This document shows positions 11,377-26,345 of a stretch of DNA of 64,000 bases, piece by piece. The first letter of the stretch is position 1. Each line of letters starts with the position of its first letter. The translations under genes and the position numbers were made by a program. Where the stretch lies: the NCBI GenBank assembly GCA_012295275.1, contig CM022668.1, positions 11,842,001 to 11,906,000 of the forward strand, read 5' to 3'. The notes beneath the pieces were generated by a model. It did no database searches. It saw only the letters and a list, made by a program, of their open reading frames with translations, and was not told the origin of the DNA. Source of the stretch: Chrysomallon squamiferum. Taxonomy: Eukaryota > Animalia > Mollusca.

Positions 11377-13112
11377 ATGAAATAAGCTTGTTTATTCTCA
11401 AATATTTTAATTATTTATTTGAAATGAATTATAATTTTTTTTTTTTTTTTTTTTTTGTTAATTTAAAATGTATAATATATCAATGAAATGGCCTTTTATA
11501 AAAAATATTTTATTTTGGTTATTCAGATATACATTAACTGATGAAGATGTATATATATATATAATTGTATAAACAAGTTATTTAATGATTTACTTGTTTA
11601 AACATAGACTTATTTTAGTGGCAGCTATATGGTAAGTTTCATCAATGCAAGGAATGCCCATTGCTTTTTGTTCATTTTATTTATTTGTTTGTTTATTTAA
11701 TAACTTTTTTTTTATTTATTATTTATTTTTTATTATTTATTTTTTATTTTTTATTTTTTTTAAATTGTTTTTTTATTATTATTATTATTTATTTCTCTAT
11801 TACATACATATATATGTAATATTCAGCCAGACTCAATGAATTAATAAAAATGTCATTAGTATTCATAAAATGTATTTGGTCTCTTTTTCAGTATTACTAT
11901 TCTAAATGTATTGCACATAAACATTTGAACATTAGAGATAGTATTTATAAAATAAAAAAAAAATATATATATATATATATTCTTAGTAAAATAATAGTAG
12001 GTCAATGTTATTGTGCTAAAATTATAAAATATCAACATTTAAATCCATGAATAGCGGCCAGATAAATTCAACACAATTTTAGAAAATGTCATTAACCATT
12101 TTCACCTTGTTCAACAGGTACACTTAAAGTAATACATTTTTTTTATGTTCAGTTTCATAAATCAAATGAAGACTGCTATGTCTACAAGCCTAGACAGGAT
12201 TTATTTTTATTATTATTATTATTATTATATTTTTTTTTTTTTTGTTGGGGGAAGTTATTTGTCTCTTTAGATCTTTTGTTAATCCTGAAGTAAACCAATG
12301 ATTTATAAATCTTTTTGGGGTCATACTCCATTTTATGCTGAAAAAAAAAATATGAAGAAAGAAAAATGAGGAATAATTGATTTTATCTTGAAATATAACT
12401 ATAAATAAATAAGCAAATATGTAAACTAATAACAAATGTAATAATAATAATAAATAAATAAATAAATAAATAAAAATTTCACGTTCTAAACTATTTAAGC
12501 AACAGTTATGACCCTTTATATTTCCAATTTAAAAGGGGAAATTTTTTTTATTTTATTATGGAGAAAAAAAAAATAATGAAATCTAAAAATAATATATATT
12601 TTTTTTATTATTATTTATTTATTATTAATTTTTTATATATATTTTTTTAAATCTTTTTAAAAAGTTTTAATAACTGAGTGCACCATGTAGAAAACTCACA
12701 GAATTGTTCTCATTTTTTATGGATACCTCAACTCGCATGAAATATTTCATTCACAGAAAAAGTAAAATAAAAACTAGTATATCAGAAGTTTCTTTTCCAT
12801 TTCTCCTCTTTGGAAGTATATTTTTGAAATCATAAACAGTTCTACATAAAGTTAAACTATATCCTTTGACTGCAATATGTTTATTTTCTGTTCTTCCAAC
12901 TGCACGGTATGTACTGTCTTGTATGTGGGAAGATAATATTTATTAAAATAACAAATTTTTTAAAAGTTATTATTATTATTATTATTATTTACTGACACTT
13001 CAACAAATGTTAATTCCATGTTTTTCTTCTTATTATTATTATTATTAACATTTTTTTTTTTTTTATTGACTCTTCAGCACCTGTTAATTACTCATACATG
13101 GTATTATTAATC

Positions 13113-13172
<60 letters not shown>

Positions 13173-14486
13173 CTTTTTAATATTTTATATTTATACTATA
13201 TTTATTACCATCATTTATCATAAACGTTATCGTACATTCAAAAAAATTAAAATTTCAAACTATTGGCAGCAGTATGTTTTGTTTTGCTGGATTGTGTTTT
13301 TTTTAAAACCAAGTCTATTTATACATAACTTTTTAGCATGTTGAAATCAGTTTCCAGGTATTGTTGAATGAATTTGTATTTTAATTACATTTGTATCTTG
13401 GAAAACTTTGTAATTCTTTTTTTTTTTTTTACTGGTATACACACTGTTAAATGTTTGTTTTGAAAACAATAAACATTTGAAATTTCACTTAATGTTGTTT
13501 GTTTGCTTGTTGTTCTTCTGTATGCTATTAGCAGCTCTTTGTTTCTGATATCAATCCTGAAGATCAAACAAGTCTGAGAAAAGGGGAATGCAGAAAAATG
13601 TAGCAAACATATGACATGCAACCAGGACTAGATAGATATAGGCAGGAAGGCTATCAGCTGTGTTATAGCAGTGAAGGTCTGTTTGGCAATGGTTAAATTA
13701 TACCATTATGTAATAAAAGAACTGGTAAACTGAAACAATAAATGAATTTCTAGTCCATTATCTTAGATGTGGTTTGTTAAGATTAACTAATGTCAGTAAG
13801 TTAAATATTAATAATAATAAATGAAAAATCAAAACTGTTTTGAAAGACCCCTTTAGACTATGAAGCTTTAAGCTATACTTAGTTCAGCTATAGCCATATT
13901 TATCCCAGCATGCAACTTGTTGGAATACATTTGCAACATGCACCTATACTAAATAAATAAGTTCTTCTGTTTCTCTTCAAATATATCTTATGCATATCTT
14001 TTCTGTAAACTCACTGGATATTGTACCTGAAAAACAGGCATTTTTTAACAGTTCATTCATGGAAGTATGCTCCACTTTTCTTTGTATAATACTGATAATA
14101 ATATTAATAATAAAAGAAATATTTAATGACACCTTGGAACAAAATTTCATCAGCTATTTAGTGATTTGTGGAAGTAAATGCATGATTAACAATTTCATAC
14201 TGAATTTTCTCCATTTGATAAACTGTATACACACTTGATCTTTGTGTATAAAATTTATTATATATTTGCTCTGAAAATGTCCTCTTGTGCATTACATACA
14301 TTTACACCATTATCAAATAATATGAAAACATTCAATATTTATTATTTTATGTATGGCTTATTTCCAAACTGAATTAAATTAAATTTTGGTAATGAAAACA
14401 AAACAAAAAAGCCTAAGAAATTTCATCATTTTATTTGAACACAGTATAGCATTACATCAAATAAGTTGTATAAACATGCACACGCA

Positions 14487-14538
<52 letters not shown>

Positions 14539-14609
14539 TTCCAAAGAAATAAATTTCTAAAAAGAGGTTAAATAACATAAACAGTAAAATCAGATAAAAT
14601 ATAATTTTA

Positions 14610-14792
14610 TTCAATTTTGGCGCCCAATAAAGGTATTTACTAAAAGAGATTACAAAAATGTATTTCCGGTAGTTACGGAAGTAACGCATGGGTTGGAAGG
14701 TCATTATTCTCTTTCTGTGGGACTCTATTCATGTTTTGAAAGCTGCTCCGACTTGAGTTAAATTTGACAGGAAGTTATCTTATTTCGTAAGT
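14610..14792 (+). promoter_or_regulatory. Probable TRAK/Milton upstream promoter and non-coding first exon (donor GTAAGT at 14787)
   Basis: CpG-enriched patch with E2F-like TTTTGGCGC (14615-14623), two oppositely oriented ETS-like sites TTTCCGGT (14663-14670) and ACGGAAGT (14675-14682), then a consensus donor. Confidence 0.55.
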
Positions 14793-15317
14793 TCTGCTTA
14801 ATTTTAGATAGTTATGTTTATTGAACAATTTAATAGGAGTTCGTTGCTTTGTTTTTGTTGATGAAACAACTGGTTGAGCGAAAGAGCGCGTCTCTCTCTA
14901 ACGTGATGTGTTGTGACTTTGTGACGAGTTTGTCATAAACTAGTTGTCATTGATTTTTCGTGTTTCTGCGTTAACAAAGCAGAAATGTTCTCTGACTTTT
15001 CACATGATTCATTTCATTTACAGAAAAACCGTCTGTATTATATATCCCTTGTTATCGACACAGTGTCAATAAGGCAGTAAATATATTTTATGTTACGGTG
15101 CCCGATGTCTTTTTTAAAACTAAGAACACGCTAAGTTACATGTAAATTCAGTAAAGCCTAAAGGAAAGTGAATTTAAATATGATATTGATAGATATCAGA
15201 ATACGCACTTTCATGCACACCTGTAACTGTCTGATATTTAAAACACCAATTGAACGATAAAATCAATATGGAACATTTGAAATGACACATTCAGTCTGAC
15301 ACCTGTCAAGAAAGCAT

Positions 15318-15392
<75 letters not shown>

Positions 15393-15511
15393 AATGATAG
15401 TCATAAGATAAAATAGTACATTTAATTAATTTACCACTAAAACAGTAAAACAAATTAAATATTAATATTTCTGTTCATGGACAGGTGTGCATTCATGTTC
15501 AAACACACACA

Positions 15512-15551
<40 letters not shown>

Positions 15552-17003
15552 CAAAATATACAGATACACCAACCCTCATACATTTCCTGCATTATATTAT
15601 TAGTACAGCATTAAAAGAAAATTTGCTGCAAGGAATATTTAGAATTTTAAAACCTGATTTGTTTTCTTAAACACATGATGTATTAAACAATTTATGGATA
15701 TTTCAGTTATAATGTTAAAAATATTTTTAAAAATGGAAGTATTAAAATAATAATTGTTATCATTACAATATTATGTGTAATGTATGTAAAAAAAAAAAAA
15801 TGTTTTTAAAAATGGAACTCAACAAAGAACAGCTGTTGCAAAACAGTTTCTTGAAATGAATATTTTATTTTATTTCTTTATATTCTTTATTGATCATTTT
15901 TTATTTATTTATTTTTATTTATTATCATTATTGTTTTGTTTATTATTATTATTATTAATATTATTATTATTATTATTATTTTTAAAATTTTAATAAAAAA
16001 CCTGCATGTTCTTACAAGAAAGCATTTAAATTTATTTATACTTTGTAGTTGTTTTGTATTTGATATTTTTATTAATTTTTTGTATGTAGACAAACATTTC
16101 ATTCATTTTCATTCTGCATAATAATTATTTTGCTATCCAGTGTTTTTTTTTTTTTTTTTTGATAGCATTACAATTTAGCAATTATTGATAATCAAATTTA
16201 CACACACACACACATGTCTATGCACATATTCCTTTATTTGAGGAAAGATCTAGTACCTATTAAGGCCACATTTATCAGTAATCATTTACTATTATATAAC
16301 ACCTCTCAGCCTTTAGTCAAATATCAATACTTGATACATGTTACATATTTTTAGAATCATTAAAGTGGAAAATTGTGACCGTTAAAAGAAATGTGATTAT
16401 GTGGTTTTGATTTTATACTGTAGCCTTAAACTAGTGATGTAATGTTTCTTGCTTAGATCTGGTTAATGTAGGGCTCAGATATTTTTGCTCATTGTTTCTG
16501 GATAATGTAGTTTGTCATAATTGATTTTGTTTATAAACAAACAGGGTTATTGTTTTGTTTTTCTTTTTTTCTTTTTTTCTTTTTTTCAATTGTTTTGTTG
16601 TTCTTTAAGCACTTTATAAAATTGGATAACATCAAATCATTTTTTTATCATTCATTTAGTTTATTTCTTTATTTACTTTTATTTACTGATGTTGTTTAGA
16701 TTTTTTTTTATTCTTAAAATGTAATTAATTTTTTTTATTTTTGTTGTTGTATTTTATTATTATTTTTTTAACTTTATTATTATTTGTTTCATTCTTTTTT
16801 TTTTATATTATTATTACTGTTTCTAGTCTTTGGTGGGTTTTTTTTATTAATGTCATAAAATGAAACAGAAAAAGAATTCAGTGACAAGATAATTTTAAAA
16901 AAAAACAGGAAGAAAACGATAGTTTAAAAAACAAATATGAAGCATAAACAATTAATTACAAATATTAATAACATACATTTAGAAAAATAGTAGCAAAACC
17001 CTA

Positions 17004-17034
<31 letters not shown>

Positions 17035-17415
17035 GTGTGTATGTTTGTATTTCTACAAGCAAACTTAAAACAAAAGTTACATTTAAAACAAGATCGTCCA
17101 TACACAACCCAAATCCTCTGATCAGTTTATATCGCAACTGTACTTCTTTCTTTCCCAAATCAGATTAGTCATCTACGAACAGGCTTCCCTGTCATTTTTA
17201 TTGAGCATGTCGCAACAGTGCATACCTGATAAGCAGCAGGTCTACGTGTGTTTTTGTATCTTACTCTGACCCGCTCAGCTGAACAGTTCTATTCGTGTGC
17301 GATTATAAATAATATCGCACCAGTTAGAAATTATGTAAATGAGCTGGGTTTCGTTATGTAAAGCTGCAGAGTCAGGTATAATGGATTAAATTGAGATTAG
17401 CTGAATTTCGTCACC

Positions 17416-17430
17416 ATGCCGTATGATCAG
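17416..17430 (+). CDS. TRAK/Milton candidate start exon (MPYDQ)
   Basis: CACC-ATG Kozak context, CAG|GTGGAT donor, phase 0 compatible with exon 20979; lies at the end of a CpG-richer segment. Confidence 0.5.
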
Positions 17431-17660
17431 GTGGATTTATTTTCTTTGTTATTTTTAATTGTTATTTTATTTGTATTTTTAAACTGTTTTGAAGTTGTTG
17501 TCTGTTAAGGGTTTTGATGAATTAGTTTATTATTATGTGTATAGAATTATATGTGTATTTAGTATGGTGTATTGTAAGTTAATGTCTTGCAGTTTTATTT
17601 ATTATAGACTTCAGTCTTCAGTAGTAAAATCAAGTACTTTTATTTTATTTATTTTTTATG

Positions 17661-17691
<31 letters not shown>

Positions 17692-18024
17692 TTTAATAAT
17701 TTTTATTTTTAATTTATAATTATTATTATTATTATTATTATTAATTAACAAACCAGGCTCAATTTATTTTAATTACCAATTAATGAATTATAATGTTTCT
17801 TTTATATAATAATTATATTTAACATTTATAATACAAAAACTGAACTGATAAACCCACAATGAAAAAAACAAAGCAGCAGATAGTTATTACACGGTTAAAG
17901 TATTTTTGTAATTATAATTATTTTATTAAATGAAAGTAATAAATGTGTTTGTACTCAGCTGACATCAATATTTAAAAATTTTGATGCATGAGTATTATTA
18001 GTGTTTATGTAAATAAGCGTTTGT

Positions 18025-18084
<60 letters not shown>

Positions 18085-18541
18085 ATGTACTATGTATATG
18101 TGAATGTATAGACACATGTTTGCTGTCCTCTATACATGCATATATATGCACCCATAGGATTATGCATGCACATGCACATATACACCACATATACTGACAT
18201 ACACACACAGGTACACTTTTAAACCCCAAAATACACCTGCACACACCTGCAGACAAATACAAGCATGTACTGGCTATAATTACATGTATACCACTTGCCT
18301 TAGGCTTAATGAGTGATGAGATCAAATCTTTGCAGCGTAATTACAGGTCCGTTTTCTGTTTAATTTATGCTCTTTTGTTTTGTTTGTTTTTTCTTTTTTT
18401 CTGCTGACTGATTAAAACAGTATATGGATTTGTTGCTGAATGTTTTGTCTTAAATTATCATTACAAATAAATAAATATGCATTTAATATTCAGCAACCTT
18501 TAATATTAAATACAAATAAACATATAATATATTGCATATAA

Positions 18542-18576
<35 letters not shown>

Positions 18577-19084
18577 TGCAAACAAATATAACATATTCAT
18601 ATTCATTTACAAATACACACATACATACACATATACACTCACATATATATACACACACACACATACACACACAGACATACATGTACACACATATACTCCC
18701 ACACATTATCTATGTAACATTGTCTACACTATTATATTGTTTTTCAAATGCACTGTGTCATTTAAATTTTCAGACATGAATCTCTTGTATGTAACATCTG
18801 GTATCAAAACCTCAATTGGTTTTTACAGTACAGCCTGTCTGTCTGTGTGTACGTGTGTGTTTGAACGTGTTTATATTGCATATATCAGTATATGGCGCTG
18901 TTCCTGTATATATTTTTGTTTTTATTTTGTGTGAGTGTTTCTTAATGTGTATAATTTTATGTCTTGAGTGTATGTGTGCATCACTGTATGTTAGAACTTG
19001 TTTATATTATATATTACATATAAATGTGTGTGTGTATGTGTAATTAATTGTATGTAATTTTGTACAGACATGCCTAGTATTGGT

Positions 19085-19480
19085 TGTGTGTGTGTTTGAA
19101 TATATATGTTTATATTCTGTATACAAGTGTCTGTCTCTGAATGTGTTTATATTCTGTATATAAGTATGTGTGTTTGATTATATATGTTTATATTCTGTAT
19201 ATAAGTGTCTGTCTGAATGTGTGTGTGTGTGTGTGTACTATATATAAGTGTGTGTGTGTGTGTGTGTGTGTGTACTCTATATATATAAGTGTGTGGATGT
19301 ATGTTTGAATATAAGTGTGTGTGTGTGTGTGTACTATAAATAAGTGTGTGAATGTATGTTTGAATATGTGTTTATTTTCAATATATAAGTGTCTGTTTGA
19401 ATGTGTGTATGTACTATATATAAGTGTGTGGATGTATGTTTGAATATAAGTGTCTATATTCAATATATATATAAGTGTGT
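19085..19480 (+). repeat. TG-rich compound minisatellite (TTTGAATAT...TATATAAGTGT units)
   Basis: Recurrent TATATAAGTGT(G/C)TG and GTTTGAAT blocks interleaved with (TG)n. Confidence 0.7.
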
Positions 19481-20826
19481 GTGTTGTGTGTGTATGTGTG
19501 ATAACTGGAATATTTCTGTGCTGACATCTGTTGGGTTGAGACTGTGAGGTATGTGCATGTTCACATTTTCCGACCTCAACTCTTCAGTGTGTTTGACAGC
19601 TGTTATCAAAAACACTGAAGTTGTTTGGTACATACAGATAATTATAATTATTAATATATATCTCTGCTTGTCTTGTATCTGTCTTTCAGTTTTGTATAAA
19701 CCATAATATTATTATTATTATTATTTTATATTATTATTACTATTATTACTATTATTATTATTATTATTATTATTACTAACATAATGCAAAAACTTTGGCA
19801 TTTCATGAATCAAAATTTTATAAATTAATTAATTTTGTCTATTGACTTTTCTTACATTAAAAGCACACATATATATTATTACATAACAAATATACAATAA
19901 AGTCCTAACAAAATACTTTTTTTAATCCTAAATATAATTTATATTTATTTAAGGAACACATTATTATTAAATAATGGTTTCACACTGTGTAGCTATGAAA
20001 TAGTGTGGTATAAGCTTACATGTTATTTAAGATCTTGTTGTCATGTGACTTCTGTGTAAACATTAATAAATCTGTCTGACTCAAGTGTAACTTCATGTTT
20101 GAATATTCTGCTTCATTATAATATTAAGCAGCAGTTTATAAAAGTAATAAACTTAAAGATTAAAATAGCAAAATGGCTATGATATCATATTCATTTATGG
20201 GGTTTGTTATTCCATAGTAAAAATATATATTAGCTATAGAAGGAATATATATTTTTATTCAGTTATAAATAAATATATATAGATAGATAGACAGATAGAT
20301 AGATAGATATAAACTTTATAAAGATTCAGTTCATTGTCAGATTTTATAAAATTAAATCTTGAAAGTTTAAGAATAAATATATTTTGGATAAATAATAACA
20401 TTCAATTTGCAATTATTAATTGGGTTAGAGAGAAAGAAAGAAAAGTCTGAGAGAGAGAGAGAGAGAGAGAGAGAGCAATTTATTAAATACTTAAAATAAT
20501 TCATTTGTTTTAAAATATAATGTATAAAGATAATAAAAATATGCCAAAATACTAATAAGAAGAAGAAGAAAAATAAGAATACAATGAAATATGTTTAATC
20601 AAAAATATTTAATGAATAAAAATTGTAAATAAAATAAAATTCATTGGATAAAAGTAAAACAATTATAAAATTTGTATCCTTAAATCACCAAAGTGTTGGT
20701 TTGGTTTGCTTTTTAATTTTGGAAATAATTATTTTTTATTTGCTTCTCCATTTAATGTTAAAATCTGACATTTTAGAAAGTTTGCATTAATTTTTTGACA
20801 TACATGGTTTTCATTTACTTACTTTT

Positions 20827-20870
<44 letters not shown>

Positions 20871-20978
20871 TAATGCATGATAGAAAAACAAAAATATACA
20901 TTCATATTATATACATTACTTAACACAAGGCTAAAACTAATGGATTTAAATTAATTTACATTACTTTCAATTTTTCAG

Positions 20979-21183
20979 TTTATTCAAGAGAGACAACTCC
21001 TCAATGCTGAGCGACCAGTGACGCCTAGCATACTCAGTCTTTCGCGATGCTTTGCACAGTCTGACAAACTGGCTTCCAATGACATAAACAGTGAAACCAA
21101 TAGAAAAAAATCTTCATTTGAACAAAATAAAAATGACAATGATGATCAAATAAGTAAAACCAGAGATATAGGTGTACTCACAG
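20979..21183 (+). CDS. TRAK1: TRAK/Milton N-terminal exon (FIQERQLLNAERP...TRDIGVLT)
   Basis: TTTTTCAG acceptor, stop-free 205 nt, G|GTAAAC donor phase 1 joining to D-VCN of the next exon, as in the TRAK family TDVCN junction. Confidence 0.75.
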
Positions 21184-21419
21184 GTAAACAACAGTCCATA
21201 TTTCTTCAGTTTTTCTGTAATAAAATTAAAAGAGAAAACTGTTAATAAAATTATTTTATACAATATTCATGTATGTATGTATATAGACATGAATGAATTC
21301 TTGAGTGTAAATATTAGTGAAACATAATGCTAATAATGACAAAGATGTTAACAATACTAGTAGTTGTAGTAGTTTTAAAATAATTTTCAACATAGCTAAA
21401 TGTTAAAATTCGAAAGATA

Positions 21420-21478
21420 TTGGTTGTCACTGTAATGTCAAGGTTTAATAAAATAAATTATATCACCACTGTTTATAA

Positions 21479-21510
<32 letters not shown>

Positions 21511-21658
21511 TTTTGTCACTAAATTCCAAAATTTTAATAAAATAATTTAACCATATTTATATTATTATTATTTTTTTATTATTATTAAAATTCAGATTAT
21601 TATTTTTGTTTCTCACTTTAATTCCAAGGATTTAATAAAATAAATTATACCATCACTG

Positions 21659-21693
<35 letters not shown>

Positions 21694-22035
21694 TTTGGTT
21701 GTCACTGTAATTCCAAAGATTTAATAAAATAAATTATACCACCACTGTTTATTATTATTATTATTATTATGATTATTATTATTATTATTATTACTTTGGT
21801 TGTCACTGTAATTCCAAAGATTTAATAAAATAAATTATACCACCACTGTTTATTATTATTATTATTATTATTATTACTTTGGTTGTCACTGTAATTCGAA
21901 AGATTTAATAAAATAAATTATACCATCACTGTTTATTATTATTATTATTACTATTATTATTTTTTTTTTTTTTTTTTTTTTATTTTTTTTTTTTTTTTTA
22001 TTAAATAAATTATACCACCACTGTTTGTTATTATT

Positions 22036-22083
<48 letters not shown>

Positions 22084-22115
22084 TTTGCTTGTCTTCTGTT
22101 TAACTTTCTAAGATG
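21420..22115 (+). repeat. Composite tandem array: ~55-bp constant unit TTGGTTGTCACTGTAATTCCAAAGATTTAATAAAATAAATTATACCACCACTGTT separated by variable (ATT)n
   Basis: ~6-7 copies at ~21421, 21513, 21607, 21696, 21797, 21880 and a partial near 22003, ending at the acceptor of exon 22113. Confidence 0.9.
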
Positions 22116-22313
22116 TATGTAACAATGCTGACGAAGTGGAAATTCTCAGTTTGATAGAAGAACAGATCCCGCGATACCGACTACGCGCCGACACCCTCAC
22201 ACAGTTTGGTGGATACAACCATGAGGACTGGGTGGTACAGACTCCGATAGTACCACCCAACGTAGACTTGAAACTGACGGAAGAGCAGATAGGAGGGACA
22301 CTGGATTATTTTG
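22113..22313 (+). CDS. TRAK1: TRAK/Milton exon (DVCNNADEVEILSLIEEQIPRYRLRADTLTQFGGYNHEDW...TLDYF), start of HAP1_N region
   Basis: EVEIxSLxEEQxPxYxLRAD signature of TRAK1/2 and Milton; phase 1->1. Confidence 0.95.
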
Positions 22314-22356
22314 GTAAGTAGAAAAAAAATTGTAGTTATAATTTTTATTTTATTTT

Positions 22357-22402
<46 letters not shown>

Positions 22403-25052
22403 GGTGGGGTTCTACTAAAATTTATTGTTTTATTTTGATAAAGTTGGTTTTATTATTTTTTTTTATTTTTTTTTTTTTAATGTTATTGTTTTGTATTTAA
22501 AATGTTATTGTTTGGAGCATTTGGTTTTTGAAATTGTTATTATGTAGATTATTTATTTATTATTTTGTTTTATATTTCTTTTTTCTTTCTTTTTTTCTTA
22601 ATTTTTTCTTTATTTTTTTTTAATTTTTTTTTATTATTATTATTTTTTAAATATTTTTTTAAGTTTGCTAAAATGGTACTTTGATATTTTGGGTGTTATA
22701 GCCCATTTGCTTCATCTAAAGTTAATTCCTCATTTGTGGTCAGTTACCTCCCTTAGACTGGGTGATTATTTTATTTTATTATTTATTATGTTGCTTAAAT
22801 ATTAATTAAATATATCAACAGAATTCCTTGTGTTTCCAGTTAGTCCATAGATAAGGCCTGTGTGATTCTGACAACCACCACTGAAAATACATTTTTTTAA
22901 ATTATCAAACAATAAATTACACACATACACTGGCTCACAGCATGCCAGAATCTGCACAATATGATTTACATCAGTTTTATCAGTTCTTAATACTACCAGA
23001 AGAGGCAGGTTTCATGTTACGAACACACATAAGATATATTTGTGTCATTTTCTATAAATTTTCTGACTATCCATTGTAATTTTTTTATCTTTTATTTTTT
23101 ATTTTTCATTTTTTTTTTTTTTTTTTTTTATTTTTTTTTTTTTTTTATGTGAAGGAGAAGAACTTCTTATTGTTGATCGTTATGCATTGTTGAGACATTT
23201 TATATCTCTTAAGAAAAGAAATTTAAAACCAGAAATATTTTTACACTCAAGCATAGACACAGACACACACACACACACACAGGTGTACATATATACACTG
23301 TTGACCCTTGATTTCAATGGCCTGGAAAATGCAAAAGCCTTGCAAATCACGAATGTAACCATTAACCCCAAAATTTGAAATGTTATACTAAGGCTATGTT
23401 ACACCTAACAGCTATACACCACGGTAACATAATAACGTAAGAACAATTTGTAGACATAAAAACAAAAATGTAAACACGTCATACAGAATGTATGTAATGA
23501 AAAAATATACAGTTGGAAAATGGATGCTTGGCTAGGTGAAATTTGTTAGCTTAGAATGGTTATTGTAATTTATTTTTTCCTTGATGGAAAATGGGTTGAG
23601 AGAATGTTGCCATGATCCTGTAGCAGGACTCTGAATAAATTAATAGTATCTAGAGGTAAACTTTCAAATTGAAAATGATGGTAACTTCACATTTTGTGGT
23701 TATTGGTCCAGATTTCCCCAAATCAGAAAACCAAGGTCCACGAAAATGACTATATACACAGACTAAAGAGACATTAATATCCTTAACCAGTGATATACAT
23801 AAATACACACACTTAAGTACACTTAACTAGATTTTCCAGTTTTCAGGACCAAAGTGTAATGTATAGTTAAAATATAAAATAAACAATGAAAAGTAAAGAA
23901 GAAAATTGATTTTAACAGATACAAAATAATACACATCTGAATACAAACTTCCTAAAATCTGGATAACTACATATTTTATTTTTTTAATCCTGCACATTGA
24001 TCCATATAAACAAAATACAGTGTACATAGCACTTAGAAAAATATCAAAATCAACACCATATAAATAAACTATAAACTCAGATAAGTATTTTATTTGTAAT
24101 CCTTTTGCTTACGTTATCCATCTACTTGTAAGCTAAACACTGTTTTAATAATATATATGTGTGTGTGTATGAATGTATGTATGTATTATCAATGTGTTAT
24201 TTAAAAATACAAGATTATAAGCTAGTGTAATCAAGTAAACTAAATTATTTCTATATTGTACATCCAGAGATTCCTGTAATTTCAGTATCATAAATTATTT
24301 ATTTATATAAGAATTTGAAATATATATATATGCTTGCATGTGCATACACATAAACACACGTACTATATACAGACACCCACACATACATACATTTATAATC
24401 TTAGTTAATATAAAAAAATATATACATATTTCACTTACATAACACCATCTTATTCAAATTATTGTATTGTGCATTCACATCTGCACACATAAACAAAAAC
24501 TTTTAAAAATCAAAAAAAAACCCAAAAAACAAAAAACAACAAAAAAACCTACTTACTTTATATTTCATTTCTCCCATACTTCCTCGTCAAAGAACATTTT
24601 GATGTTGATGCCTACGTGCATTATATCTTCAAAACCATCTTGTTTTTCATTTTCCAAAATGGTAAACGATGATTCAACAGTTTAATCATGCAAACTTTGC
24701 CTTTGCCCAGCAAGGCACAACATAGATTGCGTGCCTTCAGGTGATCCTTGGTTTTTTTTTTTAGTCATATTGTCAAACACCTTTTATTGTGGGGGTTTCT
24801 GCTTCAGTTCACAGAATGAATGGACCATGGTCTTTGTATGCATATATATACACTTCACGTTTTTGGAATTATTTTTCATTGCTAGGTTGTTATTAGGTGC
24901 TTTTGTCATCAACAGGTCAAACGAAGACTTCTTTCACTGATGTTAGAGTAATTTGCTGAGCAAAAATAAGTTTTGGTTTGTTGGGAGTTTTTTTTATATT
25001 TTCGAATATTTTTATAAAAATTTTTTTATTGTTACTGTTATTTATTTTTTAT

Positions 25053-25083
<31 letters not shown>

Positions 25084-25428
25084 TATATTTTTTTATTTTT
25101 TTTTTATTTTTTTTTTATTTTTTTTTTTTTTTTTTTGATGGGCAGGAGAAAAACATCTTATTGTTGATAGTCACGCATAGTTGAGATATTTTATATGTCG
25201 TAAGAAAAGAAATTTGAAACCAGTATTACATCTTTTGTGCAGGTTTTATTGTTTATTTATTATTGCTTCTACCACACAGAATGTTACCTGGATATTTTTT
25301 TTTTATTATTCTTTCTGTTTACTTTTTCAGTGACTATTGTTATTCAGATTTTTTTATTATTATTTTTTTTTTATTTATCTATTCAAATTCTCATTCTCTT
25401 CCAGTAATTTTGCTGTCTTCCTATCTCA

Positions 25429-25520
<92 letters not shown>

Positions 25521-26297
25521 GTTGTGTAGTTCAACCATCCATTATAAAAAAAAAGTATATCATCCCTTTGAATTTAAATTTTGAGTTATTTAATAAATAA
25601 ATTCAGCAGCATTACTTTTCTACTCACATATTTTTATTACAAATTTATAAAAATTAAAAACAGTATCTAGCATTCTGACAACATATTTACACTTTATTAT
25701 AACAGTAAAAAAATGTTTTGGTCAATACTCTAGTTAAACTGGCCAATAATTATTAGTTATAAGATTGTCATGCCTATGAATTGCCAATCACGAACATATG
25801 ATCATTTGCCAAAAAAATCACATCAACATTACCTTTCTTTGACTCACGTTCTGATTATCATTATTTTTTTTTTCAATAGCTTTAACTGCCAATTTCCTTC
25901 CAGTTGATCTTATTTTTTGATTAACGTCTGTGTTTGAAATTGCAATAACCGATTTATTTCTAGCTCTCATTGTTAAAAATCAGTGTACTGAAGTATTTGT
26001 GTTAACAAATATTATTATTAACTCGGACAGTGTTTGTGTTTGTCAAGTGATGTGCTTCATAAATCTGTGACTTTTTGAACTCAGGTTTTTCTACTTGTCT
26101 ACTTTTTTTTTTTTTATTATTGATGTTAATTTTTTTTATTATTATTTTTATTTTTATTATATATATATATTTTTTTTAATGAATTAGTAGTGTAATTTTT
26201 TATTTGCTTGTTTGTTTGTATATGTGTGTGGGTACGTCAGAATGTATGTTGATTATTTTCTTTTTATCAGCATATGTGATTCATTATGTGTCTATTG

Positions 26298-26345
<48 letters not shown>

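Noticed and set aside
21420-22030. CRISPR-like appearance (constant repeats with variable spacers)
   Set aside because: Spacers are simply (ATT)n microsatellites, the context is a eukaryotic intron and no cas genes are present.
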